The translations under genes were made by a program, and so were the position numbers. Shown in pieces: positions 31,894 to 48,000 of a DNA stretch of 64,000 nt (the first letter of the stretch is position 1; each line of letters begins with the position of its first letter). This DNA is from the human T2T-CHM13v2.0 reference genome, Homo sapiens. Where the stretch lies: assembly GCF_009914755.1 (NCBI RefSeq), contig NC_060927.1; one strand, written 5' to 3'. The notes beneath the pieces were generated by a model. That model had not been told where the DNA came from and did no database searches. It was given only the letters and a program-made list of their open reading frames with translations.

Positions 31894-32476
31894 ATGAAAT
31901 ATCAAAGTTCACAAACCATATATTATATACTGTACATAAAATATCAAAGTACCCAAGGTATATATTCTATACTGTACAAAAAATATCAAAGTACCCAAAG
32001 CATGTATTATATACTGTACATAAAATATGAAAGTACATCAAATATATATTTTATTCTGTACATAAAATATCAAAGTACACCAGATATATATTCTATAGTG
32101 TACATAAAATAACAAAGTACACAAACTATAAATTATATCCTGTACATAAAATATGAAATTACATCAAATATATATTAGGTACATAAAATATGAAAGTACA
32201 TCAAATATAGATTATATACTGTACATTAAGTACCAAAGTACACCAAATATATATTTTATTCTGTACATAAAATATCAAAGTACACCAGATATATATTCTA
32301 TAGTGTACATAAAATATCAAAGTACCCAAACTATACATTATATACTGTACATAAAATATGAAATTACAGCAAATATATATTATATTAGGTAAATGAAATA
32401 TGAAAGTACATCAAATATAGATTATATACTGTACATAAAATATGAAAGTACCCCAAATATATATTATATACTCTAC
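31894..32476 (+). repeat. 583-bp 14-mer HOR variant (M1-M6, M7del5, M8, M9/M4 hybrid, M5-M9)
   Basis: M1 starts at 31894 and 32477; 14x42-5=583. Hybrid monomer attaagtaccaaagtacaccaaatatatattttattctgtac. Also at 10778 (580 bp), 37386, 53545, 55261, 58101 and 61976 (582 bp). Confidence 0.88.
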
Positions 32477-35400
32477 ATGAAATATCAAAGTTCACAAACT
32501 ATATATTATATACTGTACATAAAATATCAAAGTACCCAAGGTATATATTCTATACTGTACAAAAAATATCAAAGTATCCAAAGCATGTATTATATACTGT
32601 ATATAAAATATGAAAGTACATCAAATATATATTTTATTCTGTACATAAAATATCAAAGTACACCAGATATATATTCTATAGTGTACATAAAATATCAAAG
32701 TACCCAAACTATACATTATATACTGTACATAAAATATGAAATTACAGCAAATATATATTATATTAGGTACATAAAATATGAAAGTACATCAAATATAGAT
32801 TATATACTCTACATTAAATACCAAAGTACCCCAAATATATATTTTATACTGTACATGAAATATCAAAGTTCACAAACTATATATTATATACTGTACATAA
32901 AATATCAATGTACCCAAGGTATATATTCTATACTGCACAAAAAATATCAAAGTACCCAAAGCATGTATTATATACTGTATATAAAATATGAAAGTACATC
33001 AAATATATATTTTATTCTGTACATAAAATATCAAAATACACCAGATATATATTCTATAGTGTACATAAAATATCAAAGTACCCAAACTATACATTATATA
33101 CTGTACATAAAATATGAAATTACATCAAATATATATTATATTAGGTACATAAAATACGAAAGTACATCAAATATAGATTATATACTGTACATAAAATATG
33201 AAAGTACCCCAATATATATTATATACTCTACATGAAATATCAAAGTTCACAAACTATATATTATGTACTGTACATAAAATATCAAACTACCCAAGGTATA
33301 TATTCTATACTGTACAAAAAATATCAAAGTACCCAAAGCATGTATTATATAATGTACATAAAATATGAAAGTACATCAAATATATATTTTATTCTGTACA
33401 TAAAATATCAAAGAACACCAGATATATATTCTATAGTGTACATAAAATATCAAAGTACCCAAACTATACATTATATACTGTACATAAAATATGAAATTAC
33501 AGCAAATATATATTATATTAGGTAAATGAAATATGAAAGTACATCAAATATAGATTATATACTGTACATAAAATATGAAAGTACCCCAAATATATATTAT
33601 ATACTCTACATGAAATATCAAAGTTCACAAACTATATATTATATACTGTACATAAAATATCAAAGTACCCAAGGTATATATTCTATACTGTACAAAAAAT
33701 ATCAAAGTATCCAAAGCATGTATTATATACTGTATATAAAATATGAAAGTACATCAAATATATATTTTATTCTGTACATAAAATATCAAAGTACACCAGA
33801 TATATATTCTATAGTGTACATAAAATATCAAAGTACCCAAACTATACATTATATACTGTACATAAAATATGAAATTACAGCAAATATATATTATATTAGG
33901 TACATAAAATATGAAAGTACATCAAATATAGATTATATACTGTACATTAAATACCAAAGTACCCCAAATATATATTTTATACTGTACATGAAATATCAAA
34001 GTTCACAAATTATATATTATATACTGTACATAAAATATCAATGTACCCAAGGTATATATTCTATACTGCACAAAAAATATCAAAGTACCCAAAGCATGTA
34101 TTATATACTGTATATAAAATATGAAAGTACATCAAATATATATTTTATTCTGTACATAAAATATCAAAGTACACCAGATATATATTCTATAGTGTACATA
34201 AAATATCAAAGTACCCAAACTATACATTATATACTGTACATAAAATATGAAATTACATCAAATATATATTATATTAGGTACATAAAATACGAAAGTACAT
34301 CAAATATAGATTATATACTGTACATAAAATATGAAAGTACCCCTATATATATTATATACTCTACATGAAATATCAAAGTTTACAAACTATATATTATGTA
34401 CTGTACATAAAATATCAAAGTACCCAAGGTATATATTCTATACTGTACAAAAAATATCAAAGTACCCAAAGCATGTATTATATAATGTACATAAAATATG
34501 AAAGTACATCAAATATATATTTTATTCTGTACATAAAATATCAAAGAACACCAGATATATATTCTATAGTGTACATAAAATATCAAAGTACCCAAACTAT
34601 ACATTATATACTGTACATAAAATATGAAATTACATCAAATATATATTATATTAGGTACATAAAATATGAAAGTACATCAAATATAGATTATATACTGTAA
34701 ATATAATATCAATGTACCCCAAATATATATTTTATACTCTACATGAAATATCAAAGTTCACAAACCATATATTATATACTGTACATAAAATATCAAAGTA
34801 CCCAAGGTATATATTCTATACTGTACAAAAAATATCAAAGTACCCAAAGCATGTATTATATACTATACCTAAAATATGAAAGTACATCAAATATATATTT
34901 TATTCTGTACATAAAATATCAAAGTACACCAGATATATATTCTACAGTGTACATAAAATATCAAAGTACCCAAACTATACATTATATACTGTACATAAAA
35001 TATGAAATTACATCAAATATATATTATATTAGGTACATAAAATACGAAAGTACATCAAATATAGATTATATACTGTACATAAAATATCAAAGTACCCCAA
35101 TATATATTATATACTGTACATGAAATATCAAAGTTCACAAACTATATATTATGTACTGTACATAAAATATCAAAGTACCCAAGGTATATATTCTATACTG
35201 TACAAAAAATATCAAAGTACCCAAAGCATGTATTATATAATGTACATAAAATATGAAAGTACATCAAATATATATTTTATTCTGTACATAAAATATCAAA
35301 GTACACCAGATATATATTCTATAGCGTACATAAAATATCAAAGTACACAAACTATACATTATATACTGTACATAAAATATGAAATTACATCAAATATATA

Positions 35401-38400
35401 TTATATTAGGTAAATGAAATATGAAAGTACATCAAATATAGATTATATACTGTACATAAAATATGAAAGTACCCCAAATATATATTATATACTCTACATG
35501 AAATATCAAAGTTCACAAACTATATATTATATACTGTACATAAAATATCAAAGTACCCAAGGTATATATTCTATACTGTACAAAAAATATCAAAGTATCC
35601 AAAGCATGTATTATATACTGTATATAAAATATGAAAGTACATCAAATATATATTTTATTCTGTACATAAAATATCAAAGTACACCAGATATATATTCTAT
35701 AGCGTACATAAAATATCAAAGTACACAAACTATACATTATATACTGTACATAAAATATGAAATTACATCAAATATATATTATATTAGGTACATAAAATAT
35801 GAAAGTACATCAAATATAGATTATATACTGTAAATATAATATCAATGTACCCCAAATATATATTTTATACTCTACATGAAATATCAAAGTTCACAAACCA
35901 TATATTATATACTGTACATAAAATATCAAAGTACCCAAGGTATATATTCTATACCGTACAAAAAATATCAAAGTACCCAAAGCATGTATTATATACTGTA
36001 CATAAAATATGAAAGTACATCAAATATATATTTTATTCTGTACATAAAATATCAAAGTACACCAGATATATATTCTATAGTGTACATAAAATATCAAAGT
36101 ACCCAAACTATACATTATATACTGTACATAAAATATGAAATTACATCAAATATATATTATATTAGGTAAATGAAATATGAAAGTACATCAAATATAGATT
36201 GTATACTGTACATAAAATATGAAAGTATCCCAAATATATATTATATACTCTACATGAAATATCAAAGTTCACAAACTATATATTATATACTGTACATAAA
36301 ATATCAAAGTACCCAAGTTATATATTCTATACTGTACAAAAAATATCAAAGTATCCAAAGCATGTATTATATACTGTATATAAAATATGAAAGTACATCA
36401 AATATATATTTTATTCTGTACATAAAATATCAAAGTACACCAGATATATATTCTATAGTGTACATAAAATATCAAAGTACCCAAACTATACATTATATAC
36501 TGTACATAAAATATGAATTACAGCAAATATATATTATATTAGGTACATAAAATATGAAAGTACATCAAATATAGATTATATACTCTACATTAAATACCAA
36601 AGTACCCCAAATATATATTTTATACTGTACATGAAATATCAAAGTTCACAAACTATATATTATATACTGTACATAAAATATCAATATACCCAAGGTATAT
36701 ATTCTATACTGCACAAAAAATATCAAAGTACCCAAAGCATGTATTATATACTGTATATAAAATATGAAAGTACATCAAATATATATTTTATTCTGTACAT
36801 AAAATATCAAAGTACACCAGATATATATTCTATAGTGTACATAAAATATCAAAGTACCCAAACTATACATTATATACTGTACATAAAATATGAAATTACA
36901 TCAAATATATATTATATTAGGTACATAAAATACGAAAGTACATCAAATATAGATTATATACTGTACATAAAATGTGAAAGTACCCCAATATATATTATAT
37001 ACTCTACATGAAATATCAAAGTTCACAAACTATATATTATGTACTGTACATAAAATATCAAACTACCCAAGGTATATATTCTATACTGTACAAAAAATAT
37101 CAAAGTACCCAAAGCATGTATTATATAATGTACATAAAATATGAAAGTACATCAAATATATATTTTATTCTGTACATAAAATATCAAAGAACACCAGATA
37201 TATATTCTATAGTGTACATAAAATATCAAAGTACCCAAACTATACATTATATACTGTACATAAAATATGAAATTACATCAAATATATATTATATTAGGTA
37301 CATAAAATATGAAAGTACATCAAATATAGATTATATACTGTAAATATAATATCAATGTACCCCAAATATATATTTTATACTCTACATGAAATATCAAAGT
37401 TCACAAACCATATATTATATACTGTACATAAAATATCAAAGTACCCAAGGTATATATTCTATACTGTACAAAAAATATCAAAGTACCCAAAGCATGTATT
37501 ATATACTGTATATAAAATATGAAAGTACATCAAATATATATTTTATTCTGTACATAAAATATCAAAGTACACCAGATATATATTCTATAGTGTACATAAA
37601 ATAACAAAGTACACAAACTATAAATTATATCCTGTACATAAAATATGAAATTACATCAAATATATATTAGGTACATAAAATATGAAAGTACATCAAATAT
37701 AGATTATATACTGTACATTAAGTACCAAAGTACACCAAATATATATTTTATTCTGTACATAAAATATCAAAGTACACCAAATATATATTCTATAGTGTAC
37801 ATAAAATATCAAAGTACCCAAACTATACATTATATACTGTACATAAAATATGAAATTACATCAAATATATATTATATTAGGTAAATGAAATATGAAAGTA
37901 CATCAAATATAGATTATATACTGTACATAAAATATCAAAGTACCCCAAATATATATTATATACTATACATGAAATATCAAAGTTCACAAACTATATATTA
38001 TGTACTGTACATAAAATATCAAAGTACCCAAGGTATATATTCTATACTGTACAAAAAATATCAAAGTACCCAAAGCATGTATTATATAATGTACATAAAA
38101 TATGAAAGTACATCAAATATATATTTTATTCTGTACATAAAATATCAAAGAACACCAGATATATATTCTATAGTGTACATAAAATATCAAAGTACCCAAA
38201 CTATACATTATATACTGTACATAAAATATGAAATTAAATCATATATATATTAAGTACATAAAATATGAAAGTACATCAAATATATATTTTATTCTGTACA
38301 TAAAATATCAAAGTACACCAGATATATATTCTATAGTGTACATAAAATAACAAAGTACACAAACTATAAATTATATACTGTACATAAAATATGAAATTAC

Positions 38401-41400
38401 ATCAAATATATATTAGGTACATAAAATATGAAAGTACATCAAATATAGATTATATACTGTACATATAATATCAATGTACCCGAAATATATATTTTATACT
38501 CTACATGAAATATCAAAGTTCACAAACCATATATTGTATACTGCACATAAAATATCAAAATACCCAAGGTATATATTCTATACTGTACAAAAAATATCAA
38601 AGTACCCAAAGCAGGTATTATATACTGTACATAAAATATGAAAGTACATCAAATATATATTTTATTCTGTACATAAAATATCAAAGTACACCAGATATAT
38701 ATTCTATAGCGTACATAAAATATCAAAGTACACAAACTATACATTATATACTGTACATAAAATATGAAATTACATCAAATATATATTATATTAGGTACAT
38801 AAAAGATGAAAGTACATCAAATATAGATTATATACTGTAAATATAATATCAATGTACCCCAAATATATATTTTATACTCTACATGAAATATCAAAGTTCA
38901 CAAACCATATATTATATACTGTACATAAAATATCAAAGTACCCAAGGTATATATTCTATACTGTACAAAAAATATCAAAGTATCCAAAGCATGTATTATA
39001 TACTGTATATAAAATATGAGAGTACATCAAATATATATTTTATTCTGTATATAAAATATCAAAGTACACCAGATATATATTCTATAGCGTACATAAAATA
39101 TCAAAGTACACAAACTATAAATTATATACTGTACATAAAATATGAAATTACATCAAATATATATTATATTAGGTACATAAAATATGAAAGTACATCAAAT
39201 ATAGATTATATACTGTAAATATAATATCAATGTACCCCAAATATATATTTTATACTCTACATGAAATATCAAAGTTCACAAACCATATATTATATACTGT
39301 ACATAAAATATCAAAGTACCCAAGGTATATATTCTATACTGTACAAAAAATATCAAAGTACCCAAAGCATGTATTATATACTGTACATAAAATATGAAAG
39401 TACATCAAATATATATTTTATTCTGTACATAAAATATCAAAGTACACCAGATATATATTCTATAGTGTACATAAAATATCAAAGTACCCAAACTATACAT
39501 TATATACTGAACATAAAATATGAAATTACATCAAATATATATTATATTAGGTAAATGAAATATGAAAGTACATCAAATATAGATTATATACTGTACATAA
39601 AATATGAAAGTACCCCAAATATATATTATATACTCTACATGAAATATCAAAGTTCACAAACTATATATTATATACTGTACATAAAATATCAAAGTACCCA
39701 AGGTATATATTCTATACTGTACAAAAAATATCAAAGTATCCAAAGCATGTATTATATACTGTATATAAAATATGAAAGTACATCAAATATATATTTTATT
39801 CTGTACATAAAATATCAAAGTACACCAGATATATATTCTATAGTGTACATAAAATATCAAAGTACCCAAACTATACATTATATACTGTACATAAAATATG
39901 AAATTACAGCAAATATATATTATATTAGGTACATAAAATATGAAAGTATATCAAATATAGATTATATACTCTACATTAAATACCAAAGTACCCCAAATAT
40001 ATATTTTATACTGTACATGAAATATCAAAGTTCACAAACTATATATTATATACTGTACATAAAATATCAATGTACCCAAGGTATATATTCTATACTGCAC
40101 AAAAAATATCAAAGTACCCAAAGCATGTATTATATACTGTATATAAAATATGAAAGTACATCAAATATATATTTTATTCTGTACATAAAATATCAAAGTA
40201 CACCAGATATATATTCTATAGTGTACATAAAATATCAAAGTACCCAAACTATACATTATATACTGTACATAAATATGAAATTACATCAAATATATATTAT
40301 GTTAGGTACATAAAATATGAAAGTACATGAAGTATAGATTATATACTGTAGATAAAATATCAAAGTACCCCAAATTTATATTATATACTATACATGAAAT
40401 ATCAAAGTTCACAAACTATATATTATATACTGTACATAAAATATCAAAGTACCCAAGGTATATATTCTATAGTGTACAAAAAATATCAAAGTACCCAAAG
40501 CATGTATTATATACCGTACATAAAATATAAAATTACATCAAATATATATTTTATTCTGTACATAAAATATCAAAGTACACCAGATATATATACTATAGTG
40601 TACATAAAATACCAAAGTACCCAAACTATACATTATACACTGTACATAAAATATGAAATTACATCAAATATATATTAGGTACATAAAATATGAAAGTACA
40701 TCAAATATAGATTATATACTGTAAATATAATATCAATGTACCCCAAATATATATTTTATACTCTACATGAAATATCAAAGTTCACAAACCATATATTATA
40801 TACTGTACATAAAATATCAAAGTACCCAAGGTATATATTCTATACTGAACAAAAAATATCAAAGTACCCAAAGCATGTATTATATACTGTACATAAAATA
40901 TGAAAGTACATCAAATATATATTTTATTCTGTACATAAAATATCAAAGTATACCAGATATATATTCTATAGTGTACATAAAATATCAAAGTACCCAAACT
41001 ATACATTATATACTGTACATAAAATATGAAATTACATCAAATATATATTAGGTACATAAAATATGAAAGAACATCAAACATAGATTATATACTGTACAAA
41101 AAATATCAAAGTACCCCAAATATATATTATATACTCTACATGAAATATCAAATTTCACAAACTATATATTATATACTGTACATAAAATATCAAAGTACCC
41201 AAGGTATATATTCTATACTGTACAAAAAATATCAAAGTACCCAAAGCATGTATTATATACTGTATATAAAATATGAAAGTACATCAAATATATATTTTAT
41301 TCTGTACATAAAATATCAAAGTACACCAGATATATATTCTATAGTGTACATAAAATAACAAAGTACACAAACTATAAATTATATACTGTACATAAAATAT

Positions 41401-42268
41401 GAAATTACATCAAATATATATTAGGTACATAAAATATGAAAGTACATCAAATATAGATTATATACTGTACATATAATATCAATGTACCCGAAATATATAT
41501 TTTATACTCTACATGAAATATCAAAGTTCACAAACCATATATTATATACTGTGCATAAAATATCAAAGTACCCAAGGTATATATTCTATACTGTACAAAA
41601 AATATCAAAGTACCCAAAGCATGTATTATATACTGTACATAAAATATGAAATTACATCAAATATATATTTTATTCTGTACATAAAATATCAAAGTACACC
41701 AGATATATATTCTATAGTGTACATAAAATATCAAAGTACCCAAACTATACATTATATACTGTACATAAAATGTGAAATTACATCAAATATATATTATATT
41801 AGGTACATAAAATATGAAAGTACATCAAATATAGATTATATACTGTACATTAAATACCAATATACCCCAAATATATATTTTATACTGTACATGAAATATC
41901 AAAGTTCACACACTATATATTATATACTGTACATAAAATATCAAAGTACCCAAGGTATATATTCTATACTGTACAAAAAACATCAAAGTACCCAAAGCAT
42001 GTATTATATACTGTACATAAAATATGAAAGTACATCAAATATATATTTTATTCTGTACATAAAATATCAAAGTACACCAGATATATATTCTATAGTGTAC
42101 ATAAAATATCAAAGTACCCAAACTATACATTATATACTGTACATAAAATATGAAATTACATCAAATATATATTATATTAGGTACATAAAATAAGAAAGTA
42201 CATCAAATATAGATTATATACTGTACATAAAATATCAAAGTACCCCAAATATATATTATATACTCTAC

Positions 42269-45030
42269 ATGAAATATCAAAGTTCACAAACTATATATTA
42301 TATACTGTATATAAAATATCAAAGTACCCAAGGTATATATTCTATACTGTACAAAGAATATCAAAGTATCCAAAGCATGTTTTATATACTGTATATAAAA
42401 TATGAAAGTACATTAAAGATATATTTTATTCTGTACATAAAATATCAAAATACACCAGACATATATTCTATAGTGTACATAAAATAACAAAGTACACAAA
42501 TTATAAATTATATACTGTACATAAAATATGAAATTACATCAAATATATATTAGGTACATAAAATATGAAAGTACATCAAATATAGATTATATACTGTACA
42601 TATAATATCAATGTACCCCAAATATATATTTTATACTCTACATGAAATATCAAAGTTCACAAACCATACATTATATACTGTACATAAAATATCAAAGTAC
42701 CCAAGTTATATATTCTATACTGTACAAAAGATATCAAAGTACCCAAAGCATGTATTATATACTGTATATAAAATATGAAAGTACATCAAATATATATTAT
42801 ATACTGTACATAAAATATCAAAGTACACCAGATATATATTTTATAGTGTACATAAAATATCAAAGTACCCAAACTATACATTATATACTGTACATAAAAT
42901 ATGAGATTACATCAAATATATATTATATTAGGTACATAAAATATGAAAGTACATCAGATATAGATTATATACTGTACATAAAATATCAAAGTACCCCAAA
43001 TATATATTATATACTCTACATGAAATATCAAAGTTCACAAACTATATATTATATACTGTACATAAAATATCAAAGTACCCAAGGTATATATTCTATACTG
43101 TACAAAAAATATCAAAATACCCAAAGCATGTATTATATACTGTATATAAAATATGAAAATACATTAAATATATATTTTATTCTGTACATAAAATATCAAA
43201 GTACACCAGATATATATTCTATAGTGTACATAAAATAACAAAGTACACAAACTATAAATTATATACTGTACGTAAAATATGAAATTACATCAAATATATA
43301 TTAGGTACATAAAATATGAAAGTACATCAAATATAGATTATATACTGTACATATAATATCAATGTACCCCAAATATATATTTTATACTCTACATGAAATA
43401 TCAAAGTTCACAAACCATACATTATATACTTTCCATAAAATATCAAAGTACCCATGGCATATATTCTATACTGTACAAAAGATATCAAAGTACCCAAAGC
43501 ATGTATTATATACTGTACATAAAATATGAAAGTACATCAAATATATATTTTATTCTGTACATAAAATATCAAAGTACACCAGATATATATTCTATAGTGT
43601 ACATAAAATATCAAAGTACCCAAACTATATATTATATACTGTACATAAAATATGAAATTACATCAAATATGTATTATATTAGGTACATAAAATATGAAAG
43701 TACATCAAATATAGATTATATACCATACATAAAATATCAAAGTACCCCAAATATATATTATATACTATACATGAAATATCAAATATCACAAACTATATAT
43801 TATATACTGTACATAAAATATCAAAGTACCCAATGTATATATTCTATAGTGTACAAAAAATATCAAAGTACCCAAAGCATGTATTATATACTGTACATAA
43901 AATATAAAAGTACATCAAATATATATTTTATTCTGTACATAAAATATGAAAGTACACCAGATATATATTCTATAGTGTACATAAAATATCAAAGTACCCA
44001 AACTATACATTATATACTGTACATAAAATATGAAATTACATCAAATATATATTATATTAGGTACTTAAAATATGAAAGTACATCAAATATAGATTATATA
44101 CTGTACATAAAATATCAAAGTACCCCAAATATATATTATATACTCTACATGAAATATCAAAGTTCACAAACTATATATTATATACTGTACATAAAATATC
44201 AAAGTACCCAAGGTATATATTCTATACTGTACAAAAAATATCAAAGTATCCAAAGCATGTTTTATATACTGTATATAAAATATGAAAGTACATTAAAGAT
44301 ATATTTTATTCTATACATAAAATATCAAAATACACCAGATATATATTCTATAGTGTACATAAAATAACAAAGTACAGAAACTATAAATTATATACTGTAC
44401 ATAAAATATGAAATTACATCAAATATATATTAGGTACATAAAAGATGAAAGTACATCAAATATAGATTATATACTGTACATATAATATCAATGTACCCCA
44501 AATATATATTTTATACTCTACATGAAATATCAAAGTTCACAAACCATACATTATATACTGTACATAAAATATCAAAGTACCCAAGTTATATATTCTATAC
44601 TGTACAAAAGATATCAAAGTACCCAAAGCATGTATTATATACTGTATATAAAATATGAAAGTACATCAAATATATATTATATACTGTACATAAAATATCA
44701 AAGTACACCAGATATATATTTTATAGTGTACATAAAATATCAAAGTACCCAAACTATACATTATATACTGTACATAAAATATGAGATTACATCAAATATA
44801 TATTATATTAGGTACATAAAATATGAAAGTATATCAGATATAGATTATATACTGTACATAAAATATCAAAGTACCCCAAATATATATTATATACTCTACA
44901 TGAAATATCAAAGTTCACAAACTATATATTATATACTGTACATAAAATATCAAAGTACCCAAGGTATATATTCTATACTGTACAAAAAATATCAAAATAC
45001 CCAAAGCATGTATTATATACTGTATATAAA
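42269..45030 (+). repeat. Partial tandem duplication, 1880-bp period; end approximate
   Basis: Units 42269/44149 and 42642/44522 share rare variants catgttttat, cattaaagat, caagttata, gagattac and tcagatatagat. Confidence 0.85.
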
Positions 45031-48000
45031 ATATGAAAGTACATCAAGTATATATTTTATTCTGTACATAAAATATCAAAGTACACCAGATATATATTCT
45101 ATAGTGTACATAAAATATCAAAGTACCCAAACTATACATTATATACTGTACATAAAATATGAAATTACAGCAAATATATATTATATTAGGTACATAAAAT
45201 ATGAAAGTACATCAAATATAGATTATATACTGTACATTAAATACCAAAGTACCCCAAATATATATTTTATACTGTACATGAAATATCAAAGTTCACAAAC
45301 TATATATTATATACTGTACATAAAATATCAATGTACCCAAGGTATATATTCTATACTGCACAAAAAATATCAAAGTACCCAAAGCATGTATTATATACTG
45401 TATATAAAATATGAAAGTACATCAAATATATATTTTATTCTGTACATAAAATATCAAAGTACACCAGATATATATACTATAGTGTACATAAAATATCAAA
45501 GTACCCAAACTATACATTATATACTGTACATAAAATATGAAATTACATCAAATATATATTATATTAGGTACATAAAATACGAAAGTACATCAAATATAGA
45601 TTATATACTGTACATAAAATATCAAAGTACCCCAATATATATTATATACTGTACATGAAATATCAAAGTTCACAAACTATATATTATGTACTGTACATAA
45701 AATATCAAAGTACCCAAGGTATATATTCTATACTGTACAAAAAATATCAAAGTACCCAAAGCATGTATTATATAATGTACATAAAATATGAAAGTACATC
45801 AAATATATATTTTATTCTGTACATAAAATATCAAAGAACACCAGATACATATTCTATAGTGTACATAAAATATCAAAGTACCCAAACTATACATTATATA
45901 CTGTACATAAAATATGAAATTACATCATATATATATTAGGTACATAAAATATGAAAGTACATCAAATATATATTTTATTCTGTACATAAAATATCAAAGT
46001 ACACCAGATATATATTCTATAGTGTACATAAAATAACAAAGTACACAAACTATAAATTATATACTGTACATAAAATATGAAATTACATCAAATATATATT
46101 AGGTACATAAAATATGAAAGTACATCAAATATAGATTATATACTGTACATATAATATCAATGTACCCGAAATATATATTTTATACTCTACATGAAATATC
46201 AAAGTTCACAAACCATATATTGTATAATGCACATAAAATATCAAAATACCCAAGGTATATATTCTATACTGTACAAAAAATATCAAAGTACCCAAAGCAT
46301 GTATTATATACTGTACATAAAATATGAAAGTACATCAAATATATATTTTATTCTGTACATAAAATATCAAAGTACACCACATATATATTCTGTAGTGTAC
46401 ATAAAATATCAAAGTACCCAAACTATATATTATATACAGTACATAAAATATGAAATTACATCAAATATGTATTATATTAGGTACATAAAATATGAAAGTA
46501 CATCAAATATAGATTATATACCGTACATAAAATATCAAAGTACCCCAAATATATATTATATACTATACATGAAATATCAAATATCACAAACTATATATTA
46601 TATACTGTACATAAAATATCAAAGTACACAATGTATATATTCTATAGTGTACAAAAAATATCAAAGTACCCAAAGCATGTATTATATACTGTACATAAAA
46701 TATAAAAGTACATCAAATATATATTTTATTCTGTACATAAAATATGAAAGTACACCAGATATATATTCTATAGTGTACATAAAATATCAAAGTACCCAAA
46801 CTATACATTATATACTGTACATAAAATATGAAATTACATCAAATATATATTATATTAGGTACTTAAAATATGAAAGTACATCAAATATAGATTATATACT
46901 GTACATAAAATATCAAAGTACCACAAATATATATTATATACTGTACATGAAATATCAAAGTTCACAACTATATATTATATACTGTACATAAAATATCAAA
47001 GTCCCCAAGGTATATATTCTATACTGTACAAAAAATATCAAAGTACACAAAGCATGTATTATATACTGTACATAAAATATGAAATTACATCAAATATATA
47101 TTATATTAGGTACATAAAATATGAAAGTACATCAAATATAGATTATATACTGTACATAAAATATCAAAGTACCCCAAATATATATTATATACTGTACATG
47201 TAATATCAAAGTTCACAACTATATATTACATACTGTACATAAAATATCAAAGTACCCAAGGTATATATTCTATACTGTACAAAAAATATCAAAGTACCCA
47301 AAGCATGTATTATATACTGTACATAAAATATGAAAGTACATCAAATATATATTTTATTCTGTACATAAAATATCAAAGTACACCAGATATATATTCTATA
47401 GTGTATATAAAATATCAAAGTACCCAAACTATACATTATATACTGTACATAAAATATGAAATTACATCAAATATATATTATATTAGGTACATAAAATATG
47501 AAAGTACATGAAGTATAGATTATATACTGTACATAAAATATCAAAGTACCCCAAATTTATATTATATACTATACATGAAATATCAAAGTTCACAAACTAT
47601 ATATTATATACTGTACATAAAATATCAAAGTACCCAAGGTATATATTCTATAGTGTACAAAAAATATCAAAGTACCCAAAGCATGTATTATATACCGTAC
47701 ATAAAATATAAAATTACATCAAATATATATTTTATTCTGTACATAAAATATCAAAGTACACCAGATATATATTCTATAGAGTACATAAAATATCAAAGTA
47801 CCCAAACTATACATTACATACTGTACATAAAATATGAAATTACATCAAATATATATTATAATAGGTACATAAAATATGAAAGTACATCAAATATAGATTA
47901 CATACTGTACATTAAATACGAAAGTACCCCAAATATATATTTTATACTGTACATGAAATATCAAAGTACCCAAGGTATATATTCTATACTGTACAAAAAA